A stretch of 64,000 nucleotides of DNA, counting the filler, from Piptocephalis cylindrospora (lineage: Eukaryota): NCBI GenBank assembly GCA_003614145.1. It is 4 parts of 4 records of this genome, joined end to end, with 100 filler letters (N's around TTAATTAATTAA, not from the genome) between each part and the next. Parts side by side here need not be neighbours in the genome. Positions count along the whole stretch, not along the records: positions 1 to 17,204 come from KZ987860.1; positions 17,305 to 34,457 come from KZ987861.1; 2 more parts are not named here. One strand, 5' to 3'. The notes below the pieces were generated by a model, which had not been told where the DNA came from, did no database searches, and was given only the letters and a program-made list of their open reading frames with translations. The position numbers and the translations under genes are program-made. Positions 10,062 through 21,065 of the stretch are shown piece after piece (position 1 is the stretch's first letter; each line of letters opens with the position of its first letter).

Positions 10062-12567
10062 ATGTCACACCCACCGCAGCCTTACTCTGGTCACGGAGCT
10101 GGTCCACCCGGTACTTCCTCGACCGCCACTCCTCCTTATTTTGCCCCTCCTGGGATGTCCGCAGCAGGGCCTCCACAACAGCAGCAGCCACAGCAACAAC
10201 ATTTCGCTCCACCTGCCGGATTTGTTCCACAGAACCCGCCCATGGGCTCCCAACAACACGGCTCCTCTACCGAGCAGGATGAGCCCTCCAGGGTAGCGGG
10301 TGGTCAGGGCCCTCCTGGTCCGGAGGGTCGGCCAAGACAACCACGGAGTCTGATGAAGCGGCGGACCATTGACTATAATAACCACATTATTCGATGGCTA
10401 GAGGTCCGGGCTCAATGGCGCGGCAATCGACGAAGACGTCTTCATATCCGGCCTCAGCCTGACCACATCATTAACGTACGTTGCAGGGTCTGAAAGGAGG
10501 TGGAGACTCGTTTATGTAGGAGGGATGATCCTCCTTTCGATCCTAACACAACCTCTAATTCTCATTTAGTACATCACGCCAGCTCATCTTCTCGATCTTC
10601 CCATCTCCTCTATCTCCTTGCGCTTTGTTCACACCTCCCTAAATAAAGTCCGATGTCCCATCAACACCGTCAGATGGACTCCGGATGGCCGTCGTCTCAT
10701 CACCGGGTCTACTTCAGGAGAGTTTACTCTGTGGAATGGTCTAACCTTCAATTTTGAGACCATCCTTCAAGCCCATGACCAGGCTGTCCGGGCTATGGAA
10801 TGGACTCACAATGATACCTGGATGCTCACTGGGGACCAAGGAGGCATTGTCAAGTATTGGCAGTCCAATATGAACAATCTCAAGGAGATCCGTGCTCATC
10901 GAGAACCGGTCCGCGATCTTGCGTAAGTGCTCTGAAAGAAAGGAAAATGATGAGGGGCTCTATCAAAAACTCATTACTCCACCCTTCTCGTAGATTTTGC
11001 CCGACGGACACCAAGTTCGTCACGGCCAGTGACGATTCCACCCTAAAGATCTGGTCATTTAATGATGGTACTGAAGAAAGAGTCTTGACGGGACATGGGT
11101 GGGATGTCAAGTGCGTGGATTGGCATCCTTACAAATGTCTCGTGGCCTCGGGTGGCAAAGACAGTTTGATCAAGCTATGGGATCCAAAAGTGGGAAAGGC
11201 TATTACAACCATGTAAGTGGTCTTGGAAGTGACCCATTATGTATCAAGTACTCATCCGACCATCTGCCCTATATAGCCATGGGCACAAGGGAACTGTTCA
11301 AGCCATAGAGTGGAACAAGAATGGGCATTGGTTTGTTACGGCATCCAGAGATCAACTGACCAAGGTATATGATATTCGGATGATGCGGGAGCTACAGGCC
11401 TTCCGAGGACACAAGAAGGAGGTGTGCTGTAAGTGACTTCCCCCCCCCTAGAATGAAGCGTGGTGGGGAAAAGAAGATAATCACACCTACCTTTTCCCTC
11501 CCACCTCCATAGCTGCAAGATGGCACCCCGTTCATGAAAGCCTCTTGGTCTCAGGGGGAAGTGATGGATCCCTCCTTCACTGGCAGGTGGGGGAAAAGGA
11601 GGCCATTGGAGGCCTTGAGACAGCGCATGACTCTAATATCTGGTCCCTGGATTGGCATCCCATGGGTCACATCCTTGTGAGTGGAAGTAACGATTATGCC
11701 ACTCGGTTCTGGACCCGTGAACGACCTGTGGAGGAAGAGGCTGCTGAAGGCCTAATTATTGGAGCATCATCTGCCTCCTCCAAGGTACCTTCGGCTCCCA
11801 GCGACGCTCATCTTACCTCAGCCTGGGAAATGGAAGATGATGGTAAATCGAGAGGGAGGGGATCTTAGTATATGGGTAAAAGAACTTTCTGGTCAATGCG
11901 CCAAAAGCCACTAACATATATCTTTTATTGATGTAGATACTGCCCTTCCTGGGCTTTCTCTCCTCAAGGATTTACCTATGCCGGATCAATCCGTGGAGGT
12001 GTCCACTCCTTCTTCCTCAAACGCCCCTCCTGTGTCTATGGGCGCACCCATGGAGAGTACAAATGGACCTCCACCACTTAGGTATGGTCGAGGACAGCCT
12101 CTTTCTCACCCCCCACCCCAGATGCAGCCATCCCATGGGCCTCCAGGCATGAGCCCCCCTCCCGGTATGGGTCCCCCCCCGAGCATGAGTTCCCCCCCAG
12201 GCATGGGCCCCCCCCCCCAGGCATGGATGCCCCTCCAGGTACGGTCCTCCCCTTAGGCATACCCCATCCTTCCCATGCTCCCCCAGGCATGGCTTATGCT
12301 CCGCCAGCCTGGCAATCTAGTCCTTGGGGAGGCCCTTCGCAACCCCACGACCCTCATCATCAGGGTATGGGGCCTCCACAGTACGGAGGGGCCCCAGGCA
12401 TGCCCATGGATCAATCTCAAGGTGGAGGTCAAATCTACGGCACAGGCCAGATCCCGTACTCTGCACCTCCGGGGGTCGGTCGTGGAAGGGGATCTATGGG
12501 TGGGATGAACGGTCCTGGTCCTGGTCGAGGATGGGGTAGAGGTCAGGGTCCATACCAGGGAAACTGA
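10062..12567 (+). CDS. PFS2: Polyadenylation factor Pfs2/WDR33 (WD40, multi-exon, Pro/Gly-rich tail with an apparent frameshift at a C11 run)
   Basis: [87 protein letters not shown]. Confidence 0.95.
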
Positions 12568-12853
12568 TGTTAATCATCATCGCGTGGATTTTTACCATTA
12601 AATGCACTCTATATCTCACTTTTTTTTAATGGAAAAGCATTGGGAGTTGTAATAGAGAGGAAAATGCTTTAGATCAAGCCTTCTTCCCATTAGAGGTCTC
12701 ATGACTTCATTCGCACCATATCTCCAACATGGTAGACGTGAAATTCAAGTGTATACTTTTAGCCCATAATTCATACCCCATAACCCATAGTCTGTAAGAC
12801 AAAGAGGATCCCGAGCCATAGCATCCCCCATGCACATCACTTTCCCGTTATGC

Positions 12854-14680
12854 TCAGTAGAGTGTCAAGGCCGCAAGATGCCCATTGCGCATCACCTCAA
12901 AAATCATCCCATCATAACCACGGAGATAGGTAGGACCAGAGGGGTCCACCTCTCCCGGACGATTCAGAATCACTTCTCTTCCCACAGACTTTCCCAGGAT
13001 ATCCTCCACCTGACTCCACTACATCATTGTGATGATTAAGAGAAGGTAAGGATTGGATTTAGAAAAAGTGGGATGAGGATGGCATAGCCTTACCTTGGAG
13101 TCCACGCTGAGTTCCTTGGGGCTAGAGCTATTCTTCGATTTGGCTGCCCCACCCCCTTTTCCCTTTTCACTCACTTGAAGGCTCCAGGGACATTTGACAT
13201 ATCGATCAAACTCCGAGTGTCCCGGAAAGTTTCCGTGGACAATGGCCTTTTTACACAAATGGGTATGGCCATCGATTAACAGGTCCAGTCCGAGGGAAAA
13301 GTAATTGTAAAAGTAATCCTTGACCTGCCCCTCTTCCTGGGAAGATTCTTCTTCGGTGGATGAACCTGAGGATGACCCATTTCCTGAAATTCCCATACCA
13401 TTTTCAGAGGACGCCCCTGCCTCTGGACCTAAATGATGAATTCTCATCTTATCCTCCTGTTTGGTCCACACACCCTCAGGCTGACCCAATTCTGTGATGA
13501 GATCCTGAGCGTACGTTTCCCCAAATCTGATGGGCCATGCCTTCCCCTTGGCGCTACGCAACAGATCAAGCCCTACCCCTTTCTATTACCCCATAAAAAA
13601 AGAAGAGTCAATTATGATTATAATGAGGATGCGCCAGGATAATCTTTCAGCTTTTATCATTCTTACCAGTAAGATCACCGAACAACAATCCTTTTGGGCC
13701 ATCGGAGTCAGAGGAGCGTAAAGATATGGAGTTATAATGGAAGCTGTAGAGGAGGACCAGGCCGATGCAGGCAACGGGGAGTAGATGTGGAACTTGGAGC
13801 ATACTGGGGTTGTTCCATCTGGAAACTCCATGGGTACCGCTACAGATAATGATCATCACGAATGATACGGGGAGAAGGACCAACGAAAGTGGGGTGAGCG
13901 ATAAAGGCAGGGATTTGGGTGAGAACGCCTGAGTTCTTTACCCCCACTCCACACGAACGCCATACCTCCGGGCTGTGTATACTGTTCGGCATGTTGCTGT
14001 GGAATGGGGAATGTAAATGTAATACCCTAGTCGGTTGGAAAGTTGGGAATATGAGCAAATGAGCTGTGGAAGGCCAAGCATATAAAGGAGTCTTTCATCT
14101 CCATACCGGATAGTGCAATTCATAGGAGAGGGCATCGGGGTCAAAGGATCCTGGGAAGGTAGGCCTATCGTGCGGGACATCCATGTAAGTTTCTTGTGGG
14201 CCTTTGAAACCACCTTTACTTTATACATACCCAAAGAGCTTGTAGATAAGAACAAATGTAGGGACCACCTTATCATTCCGAAGGTAGGCCTCATCATAAG
14301 TTAGGATCAATTGCTCAAAGTCACACACCTCAATCGTGCGCAGTCTTTGGGCCTTTGGATCAAAGAGAAGAACAATACCAATCTCCCGGACCTCAACGCG
14401 AATGTCCTCATCCAAAGGTGAGGTATCATCGTAAGTTAGGGTCATAGTGGGCATCTGCGCAGGTGACGTTTCGATTAGGGCAATGACGTGGTTGAGAGAG
14501 GCCCCTATCAGTATATCGATTCAAGGATGAAATGGCCATTAGTCATCCCGGTCGTTCTCATAGAAAGCGAATTGGAACTTGACGGGGCTCTCTCTTACCT
14601 AAGGCGAAGGGCCCAAGTGCCTTTCCGGGTGAGATGGCCAAGCGGACTGGCTCATCTTGCCTAACTTTACCGCTGGTCAT
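12854..14680 (-). CDS. PHAF1/UPF0183 (C16orf70-like) protein, multi-exon
   Basis: ISPGKALGPFALG, LLFDPKAQRLRTIEV, PTFVLIYKLFG, FPDGTTP, QDLITELG...KQEDKMRIH, DYFYNYFSLGLDLL, NFPGHSEFDRYVKC and last exon GMIFEVMRNGHLAALTLY*. Confidence 0.88.
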
Positions 14681-16333
14681 TTATCTGGGGAAAGGAGAGA
14701 GGACGGGGTGTAAATGAGGAGGATGTGACAAGAACAAAAAGAGGATGATGTTTGAGAGGAAGAAGAAGGAGAAGGAAGAAGGGTGAGCGAGTCAAGAGAC
14801 CCTTTCTGGCCAAGGCTTGCTTGCGTGAAGCTCTGTCACTCATCCCCAGTCACTTTGTCTTCCCCCCCTATCACACACATACTACTGCGCAACATCATGA
14901 CACTTCCGCCCTCAGCACACCTAAAAGCCCCGCCCCCAATCCCACGGGCGTTTACAATCCTTTGTCCAATGATATTTTCTAAAAATCCCTGGTCATGTGA
15001 TCTCTTAACCTCATACTTTCCTTGACGATTTTACTAGGAAAATTTGCTCTGCTCACGTCAGGCGGAATAGGTTGGATCAAGGGAAGAAGGATGCGCCGTT
15101 GGAAACATCGCCTGCTAGCAGCAACATTGATCCATGGAGCGCTGATCAATAGGCAAGGTGTTGGGTGGGTATATCTTTGCTCTGGGTGCATTCTTTGTTT
15201 TATCCCGCTCTTTCAGTCCTACCTTGAAACGCCATTCTCTAAGGCTATATTTCTTGGTATTTCCCATCCAGCCCCCTCTGATTGGGCCGACAGACAAGTT
15301 GATCATTTTAATTGTAGTATTAAGCTTCGGATTTCCCTAGAGGATGGGTTTTTCGAACATGTGCAGCCTTTTGATCATCGACATCGCCCATTGATCACCG
15401 GCCGCCACCACTAATGATTTTCCGCATCCTTTCACCCATGCAATAGTGGAAACATTGAGACCATAGATTATTTGAAATAGATTCAATTGATAAAATAGTA
15501 ACTTTTATACAACGAGATAGATGCGGCTGTAGTCCTTACGTCGAGCCCTCACAGATTCCAACCTCATGTCGCTAATACTCCTCTCCCTTTCCATTATCAT
15601 TGTCCCCATAAGAGGTATAGCTTTATAATAGGAAACAGTGTGCTATTGAATAAGCTTCGATCCTACTCATAGTTGAAACTCTGTGGTTCTATTGAATACA
15701 TCGTTAGGGTGGAGACATCAAAGGTCGCAACGCCCACCTGTTACCCGCTAGAGTGAAGCCTAGGCTCGACCTGGATTGACCCTCCGGACCATTCTACCCC
15801 CCTTGTGCTCCCTACCTGCCTCTTTCCCTCGCGCCTCAGCGTGGCAGACTCGTCTGGGTTGCACACCTCGCCCATCCCATCAACTCCCCAGGCGGAGTTC
15901 AATTTCCCCCGCCCTCCAAGTTGCCTTCTCCAGCCTCACTTGCCTCTTCCCAGATCACTATAGGTCTCATTCTTTCCTTTCCCTCCCTTCATCCTTCTTC
16001 CCCCCTTCCCCCCTTCCCCCTACCTTCCCCAGCTTCACCCACTGTACGTGTGTGCGTGCACAAGGCTCCCTATTCTCAAACCGCCCAATTTCTTCCGCCC
16101 CCACCCTCGCTCCTTGTTCTCTACCCTTTATACACTCTTCCGACCTGTCAAGCAGGTCCTTGTTTCCACGGCCTGCATACCGTCTCCAGTTTAATCATCC
16201 TCATCCCGCCAGCCCCCCACCACGGGATCCCATCTGATTCAATCTATTACTCCCGAGTTCACCTAGTGCCTCCTCGAGGAAGTAATCCTCCCATTCACCC
16301 TTCCCTCCATATCCAGTGCTTTCAAGAGTCGGG

Positions 16334-17204
16334 ATGACCGTGGATCGACCACCCTTCTCCCTCACCATCTCCTCCTTTGACTCACCCTCTCCTTCGGTCA
16401 AGCCACCGGAATCGAGCACTTCCTTGGGACTTCCTGTTGCCACTCCCCTATCGCCCTTCTTCCTCTCCTCCTCAGATCTGAAAACCAAATACTCGGCCCC
16501 AAAAAGACAGCTTCTCTCCTTTCCTACCAAGCCTCCTGGGCCCGCAAATCGTCGTCCTCCCCATTTCCCTCCCAACCCCATTCCAAATTCCATCTGGCGC
16601 CTCGCTCCAGGCACCCCGCCCAACTCTTCCAGATCCCGTGCGGCCCCTGCCTCCAAGAAGGCCGAGACTCCCATGACAAAGCCCAGGTCCAATACTCAGG
16701 TTACCAACATCACCTACATTTCCTCCGCAAAGCCCAAGGTTGACCCCTATCCATTTCCTCCGCTTACTCGGTCGCCCACGACTCCCGAGGAGGTCGCCGA
16801 CCTACGTACCTTCATCCATAAGCTTCTGGGGAAGAACCAGCCCCCTCCCTCCACCAGACATGTTCAGTTGCCCGGTGAGGAGAAAGGGCGGAAGTCTTCT
16901 AATACCACGACCCAACTTAACTTTCCCCGGAAGGAAAGTATGGGTCCCGGGGTGCGGAAAGGTTCGCTGGCCGCTGTTCCTGGACACCAGGGCCCTCCAC
17001 CTCTGGCTCCATCCTCGGATGCCACTTCCAAAAGACCTATGGAGCGTCAGCGAACCGTCAGCATGTCGGCAACCAGCAAAGATCTCAAGGTCCATGCCAA
17101 TAGTAAGTCTCCTTCTCCTCATCCCCGTTCTTGAGGTGAATTAGGGATGAGGGGAGGTTCTGCACAGAATTCTACTCATTCGTCCCATCCTTCATTCTCA
17201 GTTG
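16334..17204 (+). CDS. 5' part of an unidentified gene (Ser/Pro-rich N-terminus), cut by the contig end
   Basis: About 255-codon open exon, GTAAGT donor near 17103 and CAG acceptor near 17201 just before the linker. Confidence 0.55.
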
Positions 17205-17304
17205 NNNNNNNNNNNNNNNNNNNNNNNNNNNNNNNNNNNNNNNNNNNNTTAATTAATTAANNNNNNNNNNNNNNNNNNNNNNNNNNNNNNNNNNNNNNNN
17301 NNNN
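17205..17304. other. Artificial contig linker 44N-TTAATTAATTAA-44N
   Basis: Exactly 100 bp; palindromic spacer with stops in all six frames; repeated identically three times. Confidence 0.97.
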
Positions 17305-17317
17305 CATCCACATCTAG

Positions 17318-17832
17318 GAGTTGCCACGGGCGCCTCATTAAAAGAGACTTCCCTCGAGACCTTTACCCGCATCATGCGCATCAATGCTGAGAGCGTCTTC
17401 CTTGCTCTTAAGCACGCTGGAGCCCGCATGGCCGAGGGAGGAGGCGGGTCTATCATCCTGACGGCCTCGGTGGCCGGAGTTCGATCAGGAGCCGGATCCG
17501 TGGAGTATAGTGCATCCAAGGCTGCGGTGGTGAGCATGGCCCAGACCGGGTCCGCCCAGCTGGCCGGAACGAATGTTCGGGTGAATGCCATCTGCCCTGG
17601 TCTCATTGAGACCAACATGACCAAGCCTCTCTTTGACGGGGCTCGTCAGAGGAAGAACCTGGACAAGGTGGGTCAGCTCAATCCCATGATGAGGTATGGG
17701 CACTCCAAGGAGATTGCCTCAGTGGCCCTTTTCCTCGCTAGTGGCATGTCCAGCTATGTGAATGGTCAGTCCATTTGTGTCGACGGTGGTCTTAGCGCTT
17801 CCCATCCTGTGATCCCTGGAAAATTCTTTTAG
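17318..17832 (+). CDS. Short-chain dehydrogenase/reductase, 3' exon only (5' end beyond the contig start)
   Basis: GSIILTAS, catalytic YSASK, VRVNAICPGLIET, SSYVNGQSICVDGG; TAG acceptor at 17317. Confidence 0.9.
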
Positions 17833-18344
17833 TGAGGGTTGGATGCATGGATGGATGCATAAAAGCATTATACCCATAACATATATTGGGGGAGGGGGGA
17901 TCGAGGGACTGTGCGATGGATAGGGTCGTTATTCTCCATTCAGCGCGCGCCATCTTCGTTCCCCTAAACATCTGATTTAAATAAACAAAGATTAACACAG
18001 TGAAGATCGGCTCGGGAGAGGAGGGTTTATGGTCCAATGATATATATATCCGCCGTGGGTCTGCCCTTGCCATTTACCACCATCAAGCCAATACGAAACG
18101 ACCCTTCCTGATGGGGAGGAGGAGGAGGATGGCGTATAAGCCATCACACCCGATATACTCTTCCACGCCCAGGTCAGACTTGGGGTTGGCTTCGTCTTAA
18201 TCAAGAGGATCTAGGCGATGCACAAACACACAAACACACACACGCTCATCCCTGTCTCCCACAGCTAGATCCATGTCCGTTGATGCATATGCATGGGAAG
18301 AAGAGAGGCCTCATTCTACTGTCGGGTCTCGTTTTATCATTTCT

Positions 18345-19653
18345 CTACCAGGGCGAGGATCGGGTTGCAAGAAGAGCGAGGGGAAGGAGGAGACCCAGAG
18401 CAAAAGTGGAACCGTAGTGCTTAGGCACAGCACTGGAGGCCGCAGCCATGTACTGGGAGGAAGCGTCGCCTCCTACCATCTTACCCTGATGGGATACCAT
18501 GTGAAGGGCGGGAGGAAGGGTGGTGGGGGTAGCTAGGGTGATCTGATGCTTGGATGAGGTGGGCACGGTTACCTGACCCTTTTGGATGACATTCGAATCT
18601 GGGATGGAATCGAGGGTGGCTGTGGGCCTACCTTCTTCATCCTCATCCTGACCTCCAGAGGTAATATCATTTCCGGTGAGATAGATTCCATCCATGGCCA
18701 CGTACATGGGAAGGTCCTTTTTACCAGTGCAGGTAAGGGCCGAGACAAACCGAACCTTTTCCTGATGGAGAGAACGAACGATGTCGTTTTGGATGGTCTT
18801 GGTGATTGTGAGCCCGTCGGTCTGTCGGCTCACATGGCCAGGAGCCCGGGAAAACCCATGGTCCAGGGGACTGAGGGAGTTTAGGGCGCCGACCATGCCA
18901 TCGACAATCTTCTTGGGTGAGTCCTTGGACCCTTCGTAGAACCAATCCAGGGTATCAACGTTCCAAAATACCATCGTGTATCCCATGGCTCCGAGGAGGG
19001 ACTTGACCCGACGGTCCGCCTCCCCATATGGGGCCTGGACGTAGAGGGGGGAAACACCGATGAGGGCTTGGATGGCCTCCTCGGTAGCGCGGAACTCGGC
19101 GATGATCTGTTCGTTGGTCAGGGTGGGGAGGTGGGCATTGGACCAGCCCATGGAGCCAATCTGATGGCCCTGAGCATAGGCCTGCTTGATGAACTGACCG
19201 TACTGGGCTAGGTGGGAACCCTGGACAAAAAAGGTAGCGGTAGTGTTGGTGGACTGGAGTATGCGGAGGAGCTCGCCTGTCTTGGCGGTCGGGGCTTGCT
19301 GAAAAGTCAGGGCCCAATCCGACTTGGAGGAGCATCCATAGAGGTCATTGGCAGCGGGACAGGAACCACAGTGGTTGTAGCACAGATCACAGGCATCCTT
19401 GGAGGAGCAGTCAAAGTCCTTGCTGCAAGTACCAGATTTGGGAAGTCGCACCGAGTTATCGATATAGGGAATAGAATTGAGATCTACTGACATGAGCCAG
19501 GAATCTTGGATGGGGGGGGGTGGCGACAGAAGGGCTATCCGCCGCTAGCACCAGGGTAGGCCAGTGACTGAGCAGGAGGGTGGTGAGGAGGAAAAGGAGG
19601 AGGAGGGGAAGGGAGGGACGAACCGGTAGAAGGCTCTGAATGGGACCCTTCAT
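18345..19653 (-). CDS. Secreted, putatively GPI-anchored chitin-deacetylase-like (CE4/NodB) protein lacking catalytic residues; frameshift at the run 19512-19520
   Basis: Signal-peptide ORF 19653-19456 plus main ORF 19493-18345; Cys-rich region, WALTF, ATFFVQG, GHQIG, PYG and DTLDW; hydrophobic C-terminus. Confidence 0.85.
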
Positions 19654-21065
19654 GGTAGAAAGAGAGGTGTTCTACTTGCAGTTATTGTATCCACACGCCC
19701 AGCGTTTGGATAAGTAAGAGAGGGAGGAGGACGAGGAGTTGGTCTTCGCTGATCGTCTCTAGGTAGAGAAGAAAGAGGGAGAATGCCGAGAGGTACTGGT
19801 ATGGATGTAAAGACCGAAGGGACAAGTGTGATGGAGATGCTTTGATGACGGTCACCTTTGGTCCAGACCAAGGACGGCGCTGTCAACACAAATGGACACT
19901 GGTGGGAAGTGGGTGGTGAGGGAGGGGTGTGGGGAACAAGGAACTGCAAAGGATGAGGTGAAGGAGGGTAAGAGAGGGAAAGAGGAAGAGAGGAAGAGAG
20001 GAAGAGGGAAGGGAGTGTAGGTGGTATGAGGGGTATGGGTTGTTTTAGGTTGTGGGTGACTGAGGCCGCTATAATGTAGCCTTGGGTTTTAGTGCTAGTG
20101 AATAGGGGTATGGATTTGACTAGGGCGGGCGGGAACCTCTGATCAGTGACAGCAGGGGGTGAAAAAGGGGGCGGAGACAGGGTAAAAGGGATGACTAGGG
20201 TGCTGTGTGCGGGAAAGAGAGGGGGGAGGGGTAGAGTGAGATGGGGCAGGATGGGTAGGGTAGGGTGGGGGGGGGGGGGGATAAAAGTTGAGCGGTGGAC
20301 CTCAGCCTTGACTTTAAGCAGGGGGCATACAGTGAAGATGGATAGTAAGGGGAAAGGTGGGATAAACCATGAAGCGGAGTGTAGAAATTCATCTCAGTGA
20401 TTGGGCCTCAGTGAATCGAGAGTCCGCAGCTCCAACTTGCATCTCCGCCCTGTCCTATTTCTGTCCTCATACACTTCATTGCCCTTTGTCCTCTGCACAC
20501 ACACTCAGCAGCATACTCACGCACCCCTTAAGGACCCACAGCGCCAGCCGTTGGTGGACGGGGGAGGGGGAATGAGGCGCTCACTAGCCAGCTACTAACA
20601 TCACCGCCCCATCCCTTGACCAGTCAAGTCTTTTTCTCATTGTGCCAAGAGCGCCCATGTTGGGCTGGAGCCCAAGGCCAGAACAACATGAGTTGCTCGA
20701 GCGAGGGATGACAGAGCATCAGGATAGGAAGCGAGAGATGGGCTGGCATGGTGCCTCAAGAATGAAGGGACCACAGGGACGCAGATGATGACGAGGAGAT
20801 ATGCCTAGCTATGTTGGGAAGGTTCTGGGCCGACAGGGCAAGTCACTACTGGTGCATTCCGAACGATGGTGATTTTTAACAATAAAGTGCCCTGATCGGC
20901 ATTGGACATGGGTTAGACGCTGACATGAGTAGAGTGGACACACACGCTATTGAAGCTGGTGATTGCTTATGGCCGGTCTTGGCATTCTTCTCACTGGGCC
21001 TTGCAATCCTCTTCATCCCTCCCCCTCTCCTCCACACTGTCTTATTACACTTTGACGTTTGGGAA

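Noticed and set aside
14897..15414. Short ORFs between PHAF1 and the 16334 gene
   Set aside because: No motifs or consistent splice structure; likely intergenic
17249..17260. TTAATTAATTAA palindrome as a piggyBac TTAA site or regulatory element
   Set aside because: Centred in N-runs and repeated identically three times; synthetic six-frame stop linker
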